DNA of 64,000 bases from NCBI RefSeq assembly GCF_009914755.1, contig NC_060943.1. One strand, 5' to 3'. The notes beneath the pieces were generated by a model. It had not been told where the DNA came from. It made no database searches and saw only the letters and a program-made list of their open reading frames with translations. Made by a program: the position numbers and the translations under genes. Position 1 is the first letter of the stretch; every line of letters begins with the position of its first letter. Of this stretch, positions 40,890 to 58,222 are shown in pieces. The DNA comes from the human T2T-CHM13v2.0 reference genome, Homo sapiens.

Positions 40890-41450
40890 CCCCAGGGTTT
40901 GTTGTGGTGCAGAATCCATGGTTGCGGGGATGGAGGGGCCGGGATCTTCTGTGAAACTTCGTTTGGGGCTGATATTTACGAAATGTGTGAGGTGATATAT
41001 AAGATGCTGCCCAATGGCTTCAGTCCACAACTCACTTTCCAAAGCCATCAGGGGAGACACTGGTCTCATCAGCTTCTTGGTAGGTCTTTTATTTTTGTTC
41101 AGACTTGTTGAATCTGTTAGAAGCTGACTTTATGTAAGACATGAAAAGTGACTCACAAAACACAGGCTGCAGAATGTGAGAAAAAAATCAATTCATTTAG
41201 AAGCTTGGTGTTTTGAAAAAGGAGTATGCAGAGATGGAGGCAGCACTAGAGAATGCCTGGCTAAAGAAGGAGTCTTTAAATATTCCCAGCCTTGCAGATG
41301 CTTACAAAAAGGTGAAGAGTGCCAACTTTGTATCGATGAAGGAATTAACTTCTTTGGTTCGAGAAGTGAAAAAGAAAAGTTCCAAATGCTCTAACCAACG
41401 AAGGCAATGGAGGAGCTACCTAAAATGCTGGAATCCCTAGACAAGGTCAT
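40890..41450 (+). pseudogene. Highly diverged processed pseudogene fragment of the CTAGE/MIA2 (cTAGE5) family, N-terminal portion
   Basis: ATG at 40930 gives MEGPG...LGL (cTAGE5 MEEPG...YLGL); then LLFLFRLVESVRS*LYVRHEK*L (cTAGE5 LFFLWRSFRSVRSRLYVGREKKL); then KEYAEMEAALENAWLKKE..SL...EVKKKSSKCSNQ (cTAGE5 KEYEGYEVESSLKDASFEKE..SL...ELKEEKSKHSEQ). Intronless, with stops and frameshifts. Parent sequence recalled from memory. Confidence 0.8.
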
Positions 41451-41994
41451 GGGAATCAGCCCACAGCAAGGAGCTCTTCCAAGGTGGCCAAGAGTGTGGC
41501 CCTGCTGCTCCCTTCCCTGGGTGTGGGCCTGGGTCTTAAGGGAGCGCTGTTCCCTCCTCTCTACTCAGGCCTCCCAAGCCTCCAGGCTGCCTTCCCCACC
41601 TCGAGTCCATCTGGGGCAGGTGGATCCAGGAGCCCCTCCTGGGCTGGAGTTCCTCCACCTTCACATGCTGACATCACAGCCAGCTCCTTCATGTTCAACT
41701 CCTCCACATCCAAGGAACACGGGGCTTCCTGGCGTGCACCAAGAATGTGAGACTTTCTTAGTCTTCACAGAAAGTTTAGATTCTCTCTCACCAGCAGTGA
41801 AAAAATACTGTATTTAAGATACTATCTTTTACTCAGATTGAAACTTTGTCAAACTACATTTTTCAAGACAATGTTTTGTTAATATTATTTATATTAATCT
41901 TATAAGTGAATAATTTATATTTTATGATATAAATATTTTATTAAAATTTTAAAACAGATGGAATTTAACAACAAAGACTGTTAGTAGTCAATAG

Positions 41995-42602
41995 TGTAAA
42001 AGGAAAATAAAATGTTGGGACCCCAAACTCGCTATGCCAAAAGGGAAAGTTAAACTTGGAAACTGAGTCACACCCAGAAACCATCTTTCCTTTTGTTCCT
42101 AAACATATCTTTCCAGGTTACCTCCCTCACCCTGACCATGTAAATTAGCAACTTATCTTCAGGGATACAGGACAAAAGGAAACTAGAAATATTCCTACCA
42201 CCACCCCAAGACAAAGGCATGTTGATGCTTCCTCTACTCTATGTTTGCTTTATCTCATGTGAGGTGCAGCCTTACCAGTGCCAGGCGAGCACATAATCAG
42301 CTGTTCCTCTACCCCCTCCTTTTCATGGGCAACCTGTGGCTTCAGTGAGAACTAATGAAAGCCTCAAGACAATGAGACCACTTGTCTCATTTTTTCTACT
42401 CTCCCCTTTTTGTCTTCTTTCCTTTCCCTTTGGCCTGCTTTTTCCCCTATAAATATTGAAACCCTCAAAACTCTTTGGAAAAAGTGCAGGCCACAGATTC
42501 CACTGTGGCTTGTGTCTCTTTTTCCCGGGTGCATCCTCAACCTTGGTGAAAAAAACCTCTAAATAGATTGACACCTGTCCCAGACACTCTTTTTGGTTTC
42601 CA
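41995..42602 (+). mobile_element. MER4D-like ERV1 solo LTR
   Basis: tgtaaaaggaaaataaaatgttgggaccccaaactc...TATA cctataaata...ttttggtttcca; 4-bp TSD atag at 41991-41994 and 42603-42606. Confidence 0.85.
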
Positions 42603-43258
42603 ATAGCAGTATTTTTTCCCTAGAGTTGTATTCCTAATGCCCTTAAATCATGAGTAACAGCAACAGTTTTGCCTAGGTATGAATAGTATTCATTGAACAA
42701 AAGAGAAGATAATAGATCTATTTTGGGATGGAGTTAAATGGTACACTGCAAGATAAATCCATATTATTTATTTTTTATATACTCATCTAATAATGGCAAA
42801 ATATTTATTTAAAAAAAACAAAATTGATAAATGATCTGGAGATTGTATTATTTCCCTGCCAGAAAACTGCAGCGAGAGTTTCCTCACTAGGAAGCAATGC
42901 CCCTTGGGCAATGTGGGGAGATGTCCACATCGCTGCCTTGTCCCTTTCTCACTCACCTATGAACCCTCCTCAGGGGACAGATGAGGGGAGTCTCAGTCTC
43001 TCCCACATAATAAACCTGGGATCCCCACAATTAGTATCTGTAGTTACAAATGATGCCCCCACTTTAGACAATGAGCATGAAGTGGGTGTTGTTTTAGTGG
43101 AAGAAGAGCAGCAAGTGATCCTTTGATTAACTGGTGTAGTCACATAAGATAAATGACAAAGCATCCAAAGAAAGCTAATGGCTTCCTCTCAAGAATGAGT
43201 AAAACAAACAAACAAACAAACAAAAACTATGCTTGAGTTGGAGACAAAGCAATGAAGA

Positions 43259-43517
43259 CTAGAAAGCCAGAGCATCATGGGGCCAAAACCATGGCGAGGT
43301 TGTGCAGAGGCATCTTGTCACCATCTCCTTTTCTGCCGCCCTTCTCAGGCGGTCCAGAGGGAAGAGGAAGGTCACCAGGTTGGCCTCCAGGAGAAACAGC
43401 GGCAGGTTGAGTATGCAGCTGTCCTTTGCAAGGTGGTCTGTCTGAAAGAGCAATGCCCTCGGTTAAGGTGAGGTAGAACTTGTCAGTGAAGAGGGGCTTG
43501 GGCTGCTCACGGAAGTA
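43259..43517 (-). pseudogene. Processed BCR-derived fragment (C-terminal RhoGAP domain)
   Basis: Minus strand reads YFREQPKPLFTDKFYLTLTEGIALSD / LAKDSCILNLPLFLLEANLVTFLFPLDRLRRAAEKEMV / KMPLHNLAMV, versus BCR [79 protein letters not shown]. Frameshifted; closer to BCR than to ABR as recalled. Confidence 0.88.
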
Positions 43518-43519
43518 TC

Positions 43520-43690
43520 TATATTAGACAAATCTAAAGAGACATAAAGTTAGAGATTATTACAGGCTGAGAAAAGGAGGGAATACAAAGTTATTGATTT
43601 ATGGGTACAGAGTTTCTTGTTAGGATGATGAAAATGTTTGCAAATGGTGGTGATGGTTGTACAACACTGTAAACATAATTAATGGCTAAT
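43520..43690 (+). mobile_element. L1MB-type 3' UTR fragment
   Basis: atgggtacagagtttc...gatgatgaaaatgtt...ggtggtgatggttgtacaacactgt. Confidence 0.7.
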
Positions 43691-44407
43691 GTTATGTATA
43701 AATTTGAAATACACATTGGCAATTTTAGGAAGCTATACAAAGAGATACTCTCAATGACACTGTGGATAAATCAAGGTTTTATTATAAAAAGTGCTGAAGT
43801 AACAAACAGGAAGGCAGGAAAAATAAAAAGAGAAATAAACAACAACAACAACAAAGAATAGAGAGCAATCACAAAGCAAAAAGTAAAATGCCAGACTTAA
43901 GCCCTGACAAATTAAGAAAGAAATGGGCAGAGTTGATTTTAAAAACCTTAACCCGAGTAGCCTCACTAAGTGAAACTCACTTCAAATATAATAATATAGG
44001 TAGCTTGAAAGGTAAAGGATACAAAAAAGTATATCATGCAAATATTAATCAAAAGAATACAAGAGTGGCTATATTAATATCAGATCATGTAGACATCAGA
44101 TCAATAAAAATCATTATAGACAGAGAGAAACTATATATAATATTGTTTACATAACAATACTATGTATATGTATGTACATATATACATATGTATTATATAT
44201 ACATGGAACACCTCATCTAACAACAGCAAACTACTCATTATTTTCAAGTGCCCACAGAACATATACCAAGATATATCATATATGGATCATAAAACAAACT
44301 TTTCAAAAGTTTAAAAGAGTTGAAATTATACTGAGAGTATCCTCCAACCACAATGGAATTCAACAAGAAGATAACATAAAGGTAAGAGGAAAATCTGCAA
44401 ACACTCA

Positions 44408-44834
44408 GTGTGGCTGTTTCCTCATGTGAAAATGTAACATACAAATGTGACTAGCTTAAAGACTTTGGAATGAGAATATTATTCTGGCTTATCCAGATGG
44501 GCCATAACTATAATCACAGGTGTTCTTATAAGATGGAAAGAGAGAGAATTTTAACCACAGAAATGGAGAAAGCCACATGATGATAGGCACAGAGACTGGA
44601 AGGGTGCAGCCACAAGCCAAGGAATGTGAGCCATCACCTGAAGCTGGCAGAAACAAGGAACGTATTCTCTCTGGAGCTGACAGAAGGAAGCAGCCCTGAT
44701 GATACCTTGATTTTAGCCACATAACACTCAGCTTAAATTCCTGGCCTCCAGAACTGAGAAAAAATAAATTTCTGTTGTTATAAGCAGTTAAATTTGTGAC
44801 AATTTGTTACAGCAGCAAAATAAAGCTATTATAC
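44408..44834 (+). mobile_element. MLT1C/D-like MaLR LTR
   Basis: gcagccacaagccaaggaatg, ctggcctccagaactg...aataaatttctgttgtt, aatttgttacagcagc. Confidence 0.85.
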
Positions 44835-45090
44835 TGTGAATCTAAACACATTCTAAATAATCCCTGGGTCAAAGAGAAAGTCTCAAAGGAAATTTGATAT
44901 TATATTGAACTGAATAAAAATATAATATGTCAAAAATTGTGGGACAGAGCTAAAGAAGTGCCAAAGGGAAAATTTACAGCATAAAATGTACGTATTAGAA
45001 ATTCTCAATTCAATTATCTAAGCTCCTACCTCAAGAGTCTAGAAAAAGAAACTTAAAATAAACCCAATTCAACTAAAAGAAAGGAAATAA

Positions 45091-45688
<598 letters not shown>

Positions 45689-46759
45689 TTAATATAACCA
45701 AAAACTGGTTCTTTGAAAAGATGAATAAAATGGACACATCTTAGCAAGTCTGCTAATGAGAAAAAAGAGAAAATACATCAATTTTCATTATCAGGAATAA
45801 AATGGGATATCACTATAAACCATGCAGAGATCAAAAGGATAATAAATAAATACTGCAATCAACTCTGCACATACAAATTTGACAGCTTAAATATTCACAA
45901 ATAAAAATTCACAAATTCATTGAAAAACATAAACTAACATAACTCAATGTAAAATAAATTGTTTGAATATACTCACAATTATTAAGTAAATTGAATTCCT
46001 ATATTAAAATTATCAAAAAAGCAATCTCCAGGTCCAGATTGTTTCACTGTAGAATTTGGCCAAACATTTAAAGAATAGCACCAATTCTACACAATATCTT
46101 TCAGAAAACAGAAGAGAAGGAAATACTACAATTTATTTCATGAAAATATATTACCCTGATATCAAAACCAGACAAAGTACAAACAAGAAAACTACAGACA
46201 CATAAATGTAGAAACAGAAACCTTTAAGAAAATATTAGCAAATAGTATTCATTGATGTATAAAAACAGTTACACACTATGACCAAGTGAAGTTTATTTCA
46301 GGAATGCAAGGCTGCTTCTATGTTTGAAAATCAATGTAATCTACGACATTAACAGGCTGAAGAAAAAAATCAAACGATTATATCAGTCAATTCAGAAAAA
46401 TCGTTTGACAAAATTCAGCACCCATTCATGAATTTATGAAGAAAACTATCTGAAAAATAGGAATAGGAGAATTTTTAACTTGATAAAATCATCTGTAGAA
46501 AAAAAAAGAAAGCTAAATTACACCTGAGAATGAAAAACTGAATGCTTTCTGCAAAAATTGGGTGTATGGCAAAGATGCCCACTTTTGTCACTCTTATTCC
46601 AATATTGCTAGAAATTCTAGCCAGTATAGGAAGGCAAGGAAAATACTATAAATTAGAAAGAAAGAAACAGACCCTAGTTGCAGATGACATGATCGTGTGA
46701 AAATTCCTGAAACTTTCAAATAATAAGCAAAAAAAACCCCTCCTGAAATAAATGAGTTC

Positions 46760-46807
46760 ATGTGTGTGTGTGTAATGTGTGTGTGTAATGTGTGTGTGTG
46801 TGTGTGT
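46760..46807. repeat. Interrupted (TG)n microsatellite
   Basis: Three TG runs separated by taa. Confidence 0.9.
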
Positions 46808-46815
46808 AATACATA

Positions 46816-48030
46816 TAGTTGGCACTTGGTATCTGTGGGTTCCACATCTGCAGATTCAATCAACCAGAGATAATAAATATTTGAAATAAAAACTAATAAA
46901 AAGAACAATAAAATATAAAATATTATAAATTAAAAACAATATAACAACTATTTATATAAAATTTACATTGTGTTAAGTATTATAAATAATCTAGAAATGA
47001 TTTACAGAATACAGGAGAATGTGTGTAGGTTATATGCAAATACTATGCCCTTTTTAGTTTTAATTTTTTTAATTTTTAATTTTTATGGGTACACAGTAGG
47101 TGTAGATATTTATTAGATACATGAGATGTTTTGATATACTCATGCCATGTGAAATAATCACATCATAGAGAATGGGGTATCCAGCCCCTCGAACATTTAT
47201 CCTTTGTGTTACAATCCAATTACACTCTTTTAGTTATTTTAAAATGTAGAATCAAGTTATCATTGACTATACTCACCCTGTTGTGCTATCACATAGCAGG
47301 TTTTATTCATTCTTTCTAAGTATTTTTTGTACCCATTAACCATACCCACTTTCTTCCTGATCCGCCACTACCCTTCCCATTCTCTGGTAACCATCCTTCT
47401 ACTTTCTATGTCCACGAGTTCAATTGTTTTAATTTTTAGATCCCACAAATAAGTTAGAACATTCAAAGTCTGTCTTTCTGTACCTGGCTGATTTCACTTA
47501 ACGTAATGATCTCCATTTCCATCCATGTTGTTGCAAATGACTGGATCTCATTCTTTTTTATGGCTGAGTATACTCCATTGTATATAAGTACCATATTTTC
47601 TTTATCCATTCATCTCTTGGTGGACACTTAGGTTGCTTCCAAATCTTGGCTATTGTGAACAGTGCTGCAACATACATGGGAGTGCAGACATCTCTTTAAT
47701 ATACTGATTTCCTTTCTTTTGGGTATATATCTAGCAGTAGGATTGCTGAATCATGTGATAGTTCAATTTTTAGTTTTGTGAGGGACTTCCAAACTGTTCT
47801 CATAGTGGTTGTACTGATTTAGATCCCCTTCAACAGTGTAAGAGGGTTCCCTTTTTTCCACATTCTCACCAGCATTTACTATTGCTTATCTTTTGAATAT
47901 AAGCCATTTTAACTGGGTGAGACAATATCTAATACTATGACCTTTTATATAAAGGACTTAAGCATCTGCAGAATGTGGTATTTGTGGGGGTCCTGGAACC
48001 AATCTCTTGTGGAAACTGAGGGATGACTGT
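46816..48030 (-). mobile_element. MER2 split by an L1MA insertion
   Basis: Left half ends gtaggttatatgcaaatactatg at ~47048; right half resumes aatactatgaccttttatataaaggactt and ends gagggatgactgta. Confidence 0.85.
47054..47930 (-). mobile_element. L1MA2/3-like 3' fragment
   Basis: tttttatgggtacacagtaggtgta...gagaatggggtatcc; TSD aatactatg(c/a)ccttt at 47039-47053 and 47931-47945. Confidence 0.88.
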
Positions 48031-48551
48031 ATTGGAAATAACATGCAAGCATTAAAAAATTTTTAAAAGTACAATCACTTAGAAAATAATACAATAGAGT
48101 AAATCTAACAAAACATGTACAGGACTTAAATGTTGAAAACCACATAACACTGATAAAATAATTCAAAGTTCTAAGTAAATAAAAAACCATACTATGTTTA
48201 TGTATTGGAAGATTCAATATAGTAAAGATGTCATTTTTCCCTAAATTGATTCATAGGTTAGAGGTGATTCCTTTTAAATCCCAGCAAGGTTTTTTTTTTT
48301 TGTAGATATAAATAAGATTATCCTAAATGTATACAAAAAGACAAAGGAACTAGAATACCCAAAACCATCCTGAAAAAAAATGAGAGAAATTTGTCTACTC
48401 TATTTCAAGACTTACCTAGTCAAAAAGGACAAGGTAGAGAGATAGACCTGTAGATCAATGGACCAGACAGAGAGCTCGGAAATAGAATCACATAAATATT
48501 CTCAACTGATTTTTACAATGGATGAAGATTGACTTTCAACAAATGGTGCTG

Positions 48552-48994
48552 CTATTCACAATAGCAAAGACTTGGAACCAAGCCAAAAATCCAACAATGA
48601 TAGACTGGATTAAGAAAATGTGGCACATATACCCCATGGAATACTATGCAGCCATAAAAAATGATGAGTTCATGTCCTTTGTAGGGACATGGATGAAGCT
48701 GGAAACCATCATTCTCAGCAAACTATTGCAAGGACAAAAAACCAAACACAGCATGTTCTCACTCATAGGTGGGAATTGAACAATGAGAACACAGGGACAC
48801 AGGAAGGGAAACATCACACACTGGGGCCTGTTATGGGGTGGGGGAAGTGGGGAAGGATAGCATTAGGAGATATACCTAATGTTAAATGACGAGTTAATTG
48901 GTGCAGGACACCAACATGGCACATGTACACATATGTAACCAACCTGCACGTTGTGCATGTGTACCCTAAAACTTAAAGTATATATTTAAAAAAC
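48552..48994 (+). mobile_element. 5'-truncated L1PA4/5-like element
   Basis: ORF2 C-terminus and 3'UTR; 12-bp TSD caaatggtgctg at 48540-48551 and 48995-49006. Confidence 0.92.
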
Positions 48995-49840
48995 CAAATG
49001 GTGCTGAAATAATTACACATTCATAGGCGAAAATCCTTTAGTTTTAGTCTCATACTTTATATATGAATTAACTCCAAATGGATCATGTATTTAAATGTAG
49101 AATACAAAACTATAGAAAAAAAAACCTTCAAGATCTAGGACTAGGCAAAATATTCTTTTGATAGATACCAAAAGCATGATTTGCAAAAAGACCCATTTAT
49201 AAACTGGACTTCACCAAAGCGAAAACCTTTTGCTCTGTGAAAGATCCTGTTAAGCAGATAGAAAAACAAGTTTTAAACTGAGATCATGTATTTTCAAATT
49301 TATGTATGACAAAAGACTGGCATTTAAACTCAACAATAAAAACTCAGTAACAAATCAAACCACCAAATTAGAATATGACCAAACGCATGAAGAGGCATTT
49401 CAACCAAAGAAGGTATACAGAAAGTATAGAGCACATGAAAAGATGTTTGACATTGTTATCCATTAAGAAACACAAATTAAAACCACAATGTGCCATAATT
49501 AAATGCCTATCAGAATAACCAAAATTAAAAATATCCTAATAACCCTATTGCTGGTGGGAACGTAGTATGATAAAGCCACCCCCTGATGAACAGTTTGGGA
49601 GTTTCTGTAAAAATTTGACACATGCAACTACCATACAAACCAGTTACTGCACTCCTCATCATTCATCCTACAGAAGAAATGACTTCTGTTTTCACACACA
49701 TAAATCTATGCTGGAGTGCTTTTAGCAGCTTTATTTGTAATAGCCAAAGCCAGAAAACAACCCATATGTCCTTCAATAGGTGAAAGGGTAAACAAAGTGT
49801 GGTACATCTATACAATGAATACTACTCAACAATAAACATG

Positions 49841-50120
49841 GGTCGGGCACGGTGGCTTATACCTGCAATCCCAACACCAGAAGGCAGAGGCAGGAGGATC
49901 ACTTGAGCCCATGAGTCTGGGACCAGCCTAGGCAACATGGCAAAATCCCATCTCTACCCCCAAAATACTAAGAAATTAGCCACGTGTGGTGGGGCACACC
50001 TGTAGTCCCAGCTACTTGAAAGGCTGAGGTGGGAGGATCTATTGAGCCTGGGAGTTTCTACCACTGCATTCCAGCATGGGTGACAGAGGAGACCCTGTCT
50101 CAAAATAATTAATTAAAAAA
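49841..50120 (+). mobile_element. AluJ
   Basis: ggaggatcacttgagccc J diagnostic; small internal deletions. Confidence 0.88.
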
Positions 50121-52395
50121 ATTTATAACTTAGGAAAACATAATGAATGAGTTATTTACACACCAATAACCCAGAGGAACTGCTGGAGAATTATACTGGT
50201 AAAAAAGCTAACCATCAAAAGCTATATGCTGTACAATTCCATATATGTAACATTCTTTAAAAAAATAACAAAATGAAGAAGCAATTAGTGATTTCCAGAA
50301 GTTAATGAAGGTGTGGAGGTGGGAGGGAAGTGTGTGTGGCTAGAAAGAGCAACATGACTGATTGTTGTGTTGATTTACGATTCTGCATCTTGTAATATCA
50401 ACGCTAATATCCTGGGAGTGCTGTCCTTCTATAGTTTCACAAGGTGTTACCATTGGCAAAAACTGGGTAAATGGTACACAGAATTTCTGTATTATTTCTT
50501 GCACAGTATGTACATCTACAACTATCTCAAAAAATGTTCAATTTGTAAAAAGTAGCTGCAGAATGTACATGACATCCCTAGGTGAAGGTGACCTATTTAT
50601 AATAGCATTACATGTATAAATCCCTAGGAATGGATTTAGTAAGAATATGAAAAAAGTATATAGCTTTATTACTGAATAAAGGGAATTCTGTCCTCGTTAG
50701 GATACTCAGTAGAGTAAATATAAGAAAATTTCCTGAGGTAAACCTAAAAATTCCACCACAAACCCAGTCATAATCATAATATATTTCTTTATGAAACTCT
50801 AGACACTCAATCTTAGGTTTCTTCAAAGGAATAAATGCCCATTAGTAGCCTGAAATACTCTGAGGAAGAAATGAGAAGTGAAACATGGCTGATAGTAAAA
50901 TATAGTGTAAATTTACAGTGATCAAAGAGAACTACATCCTAGTAGGAAGAGACAAGTAAATCAACACAACAAAGTAGTCTCCAGCAATGCACACAGGGAG
51001 ATTTTGTTGACTGTAAAGGTGATCTTACAGGAAAAAGAGGAATGAACAGACTATTTGACAACTTACTGTCTAAGTGGAAAGACAATAAAAGGATAAATGT
51101 CCATCTTACATAAAGTGTTCTCTAAATTAAAAATATAATACATTGGCATAAAATACAACATACTGGTAAATGATACATACAACCAGTTTATAGAAGGAAA
51201 GCAAATAGCCGATAAACATAAAAAGATACCCAACCTCACCAATAATTAAGGAAATATAACTCAAAACAACATTCACTTGTCAGATTGACAAATGCTTAAA
51301 ATATGTAAATACTTAACTATCCAAAATATTAATATCCAGGGTTGGAATAGAAATGATTGAAATGGAGGGGGCGTGCAGCCAAGATGGCAGAATAGGAACA
51401 GCTCCAGTCTACAGCTCCCAGCGTGAGCAACGCAGAAGATGGGTGATTTCTGCATTTCCAACTGAGGTACCCGGTTCATCTCACTGGGGAGTGCCAGACA
51501 GTGGGTGCAGGACAGTGGGTGCAGCGCACCGTGCATGAGCCAAAGCAGGGCAAGGCATCACGTCACCCGGGAAGTGCAAGGGGTCAGGGAATTCCCTTTC
51601 CTAGTCAAAGAAAGGGGTGACAGACGGCACCTGGAAAATTGGGTCACTCCCACCCTAATACTGTGCTTTTCCAATGGGCTTATCAAACGGCACGTCAGGA
51701 GATTATATCCTGCACCTGGCTCCGAGGGTCCTACGTCCATGGAGCCTCGCTCATTGCTAGCACAGCACCCTGAGATCAAACTGCAAGGCAGCAGCGAGGC
51801 TGGGGGAGGGCCCCCCGCCATTGCTCAGGCTTGAGTAGGTAAACAAAGCTGCTGGGAAGCTCGAACTGGGTGGAGCCCATCACAGCTCAAGGAGGCCTGT
51901 CTGCTTCTGTGGCTCCACCTCTGGGGGCAGGGCACAGTCAAACAAAAGACAACAATAACCTCTGCAGACTTAAATGTCCCTGTCTGACAGCTTTGAAGAA
52001 AATAGTGGTTCTCCCAGCATGCAGCTGGAGATCTGAGAACAGGCAGACTGCCTCCTCAAGTGGGTCCCTGACCCCCGAGTAGCCTAACTGGGAGGCACTC
52101 CCCAGTAGGGGTGGACTGACACCTCACACGGCCGGGTACTCCTATGAGACAAAACTTCCAGAGGAACGATCAGGCAGCAGCATTTGCAGTTCACCAATAT
52201 CTGCTGTTCTGCAGCCTCCAACTGCTGATACCCAGGCAAACAGGGTCTGGAGGGGACCTCCAGTAAACTCCAACAGACCTGCAGCTGAGGGTCCTGACTG
52301 TTAGAAGGAAAACTAACAAACACAAAGGACATCCACACCAAAAACCATCTGTACGTCACCATCATCAAAGACCAAAGGTAGATAAAACCACAAAG

Positions 52396-53410
52396 ATGGG
52401 GAAAAAACAGAGCAGAAAAACTGGAAACTCTAAAAATCAGAGTGCCTCTCCTCCTCCAAAGGAACACAGCTCCTCACCAGCAATGCAACAAAGCTGGACG
52501 GAGAATGACTTTGACGAGTTGAGAGAGGAAGGCTTCAGAAGATCAAACTATTCCGAGCTAAAGGAGGAAGTTCGAACCAATCGCAAAGAAGTTAAAAATT
52601 TTCAAAAAATTAGATGAATGGCTAAATAGAATAACCAATGCAGAGAAGTCCTTAAAGAACCTGATGGAGCTGAAAACCATGGCACGAGAACTGTGTGACG
52701 AATGCACAAGCCTCAGTAACCGATGCGATTGACTGGAAGAAAGGGTATAAGGGATGGAAGACAAAATGAATGAAATGAAGCATGAAGAGAAGTTTAGACA
52801 AAAAAGAATAAAAAGAAATGAACAAATCCTCCGAGAAATATGGGACTATGTGAAAAGACCACATCTACATCTAATTGGTGTACCTGAAAATGACGGGGAG
52901 AATGGAACCAAGTTGGAAAACACTCTGCAGGATATTATCCAGGAGAACTTCCCCAATCTAGCAAGGCAGGCCAACATTCAAATTCAGGAAATACAGAGAA
53001 CACCACAAAGATACTCCTGGAGAAGAGCAACTCCAAGACACATATTTGTCAGATTTACCAAAGTTGAAATGAAGGAAAAAATGTTAAGGGCAGCCAGAGA
53101 GAAAAGTCGGGTTACCCACAAAGGGAAGCCCATCAGACTAACAGCTGATCTCTCGGCAGAAACTCTACAAGCCAGAAGAGAGTGGGGGCCAATATTCAAC
53201 ATTCTTAAAGAAAAGAATTTTCAACCCAGAATTTCATATCCAGCCAAACTAAGCTTCATAAGTGAAGGAGAAATAAAATACTTTACAGACAAGCAAATGC
53301 AGAGAGATTTTGTCACCACCAGGCCTGCCCTAAAAGAGCTCTTGAAGGAAGCACTAAACATGGAAAGGAAAAACCGGTACCAGCCACTGCAAAAACATGC
53401 CAAATTGTAA
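52396..53410 (+). pseudogene. L1 ORF1p, frameshifted
   Basis: MGKKQSRKTGNSK... (73 aa) and MEDK...QPLQKHAKL (218 aa) lie in different frames. Confidence 0.92.
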
Positions 53411-53449
53411 AGACCATCAAGGCTAGGAAGAAACTGCATCAACTAATGA

Positions 53450-56989
<3,540 letters not shown>

Positions 56990-57346
56990 ACAATGAGAAC
57001 ACATGGACACAGGAAGGGGAACATCAAACACCGGGGACTGTTGTGGGGTGGGGGAGGGGGGAGGGATAGCATTAGGTGATATACGTAATGCTAAATGACG
57101 AGTTAATGGGTGCAGCACACCAACATGGCACATGTATACATATGTAACAACCCTGCACATTGTGCACATGTACCCTAAAACTTAAAGTATAATAATAATA
57201 AAAAATAAAAAAATAAAAAATAAATAAATAATCAAGGCTTTTACAGAAAAAAAAAAGAAATGTTTGAAATGATTATTGCCAGAAGCACTTGGTGGGAATA
57301 TGAATGGGAACTGCTTTTTTTTTTTTTTTTTATGATAATTTAGTTG

Positions 57347-58222
57347 TGGGATAGGAATAGAACTGGGTTGTTGCAGGAAAATGGAAAAACCCAAACAATA
57401 GCTGAAACAAGAACTAGGCACAAAAACCCACAGGATAACAGAAAACCCAAAATAAGGGAGAGAAAATGTCTAAAGCCCCAGTGAGGGTGACATGTCCATG
57501 ACCCTTCCAGGCAAACCCAAATAAGGGAAAATAGGGGTCAGTAACTGGGGAGTCCATGAAACCCCTCCTTTTCCATAATATTTCATGATTATTTCACTCT
57601 CAAATTAAAGAAACAGGCATAAGATAGGAATGCTGGGTGATCACAGGAGAAGCAGGAAAATATCAAGAAACAATTTTACATAATGTCAAGAAAAGAGCTG
57701 TTAAAATTAGCTATAAGGACAAAGATGAGCCTGGCCTGATAAGATCCTCACAGATAAAATGGGGCCACACTGGCTGAAACAGTCTAGGTCCAACATGGCA
57801 TTGGATTTGACCCATGCCCTACTCCAGACCTAATTATATGCCTATTCCAAAACTAAGTCACACACCCACCACACCATGGTAGATCTGAGCATGGCCATAT
57901 TTCTTATAAAAATGGGTGGCCCTCAAGCCTAAGAAATCTCCACATTTTTCCTAGAAAATCTACTCTTTTCCTAGCAAATCTATTCTATTCTACTTCCTAA
58001 TTAGAAGACACCATAACATTAGATACCCAGACTCTCCTGTGCACAATTCACTCTCCCAAGTATGCCTGCACTCCAACTCTCAAGTGCATACTTTCCCTTT
58101 GCAATAAAAGCTTTTTGCTTTTCCCTTCATTCTGACTCATCCTTGAATTTTTTCTTGCAACAATGTCTACAACCTGGAACACTGGCTGTGGCTGGGAGAC
58201 CTACCTAGGTCCTCCTGCAACA
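57347..58222 (+). mobile_element. ERV1 solo LTR (MER41/MER66-related group)
   Basis: TG...CA ends, polyA signal gcaataaa followed by cattctgactcatccttgaatt, near-TSD gttg/cttg; interrupts an old L1 remnant. Confidence 0.65.

Noticed and set aside
40806-41069. Minus-strand 87-aa ORF ending just before an AATAAA, resembling a terminal exon
   Set aside because: It is the antisense of the CTAGE-like pseudogene, which explains the sequence better; I see no recognisable homology for the peptide.
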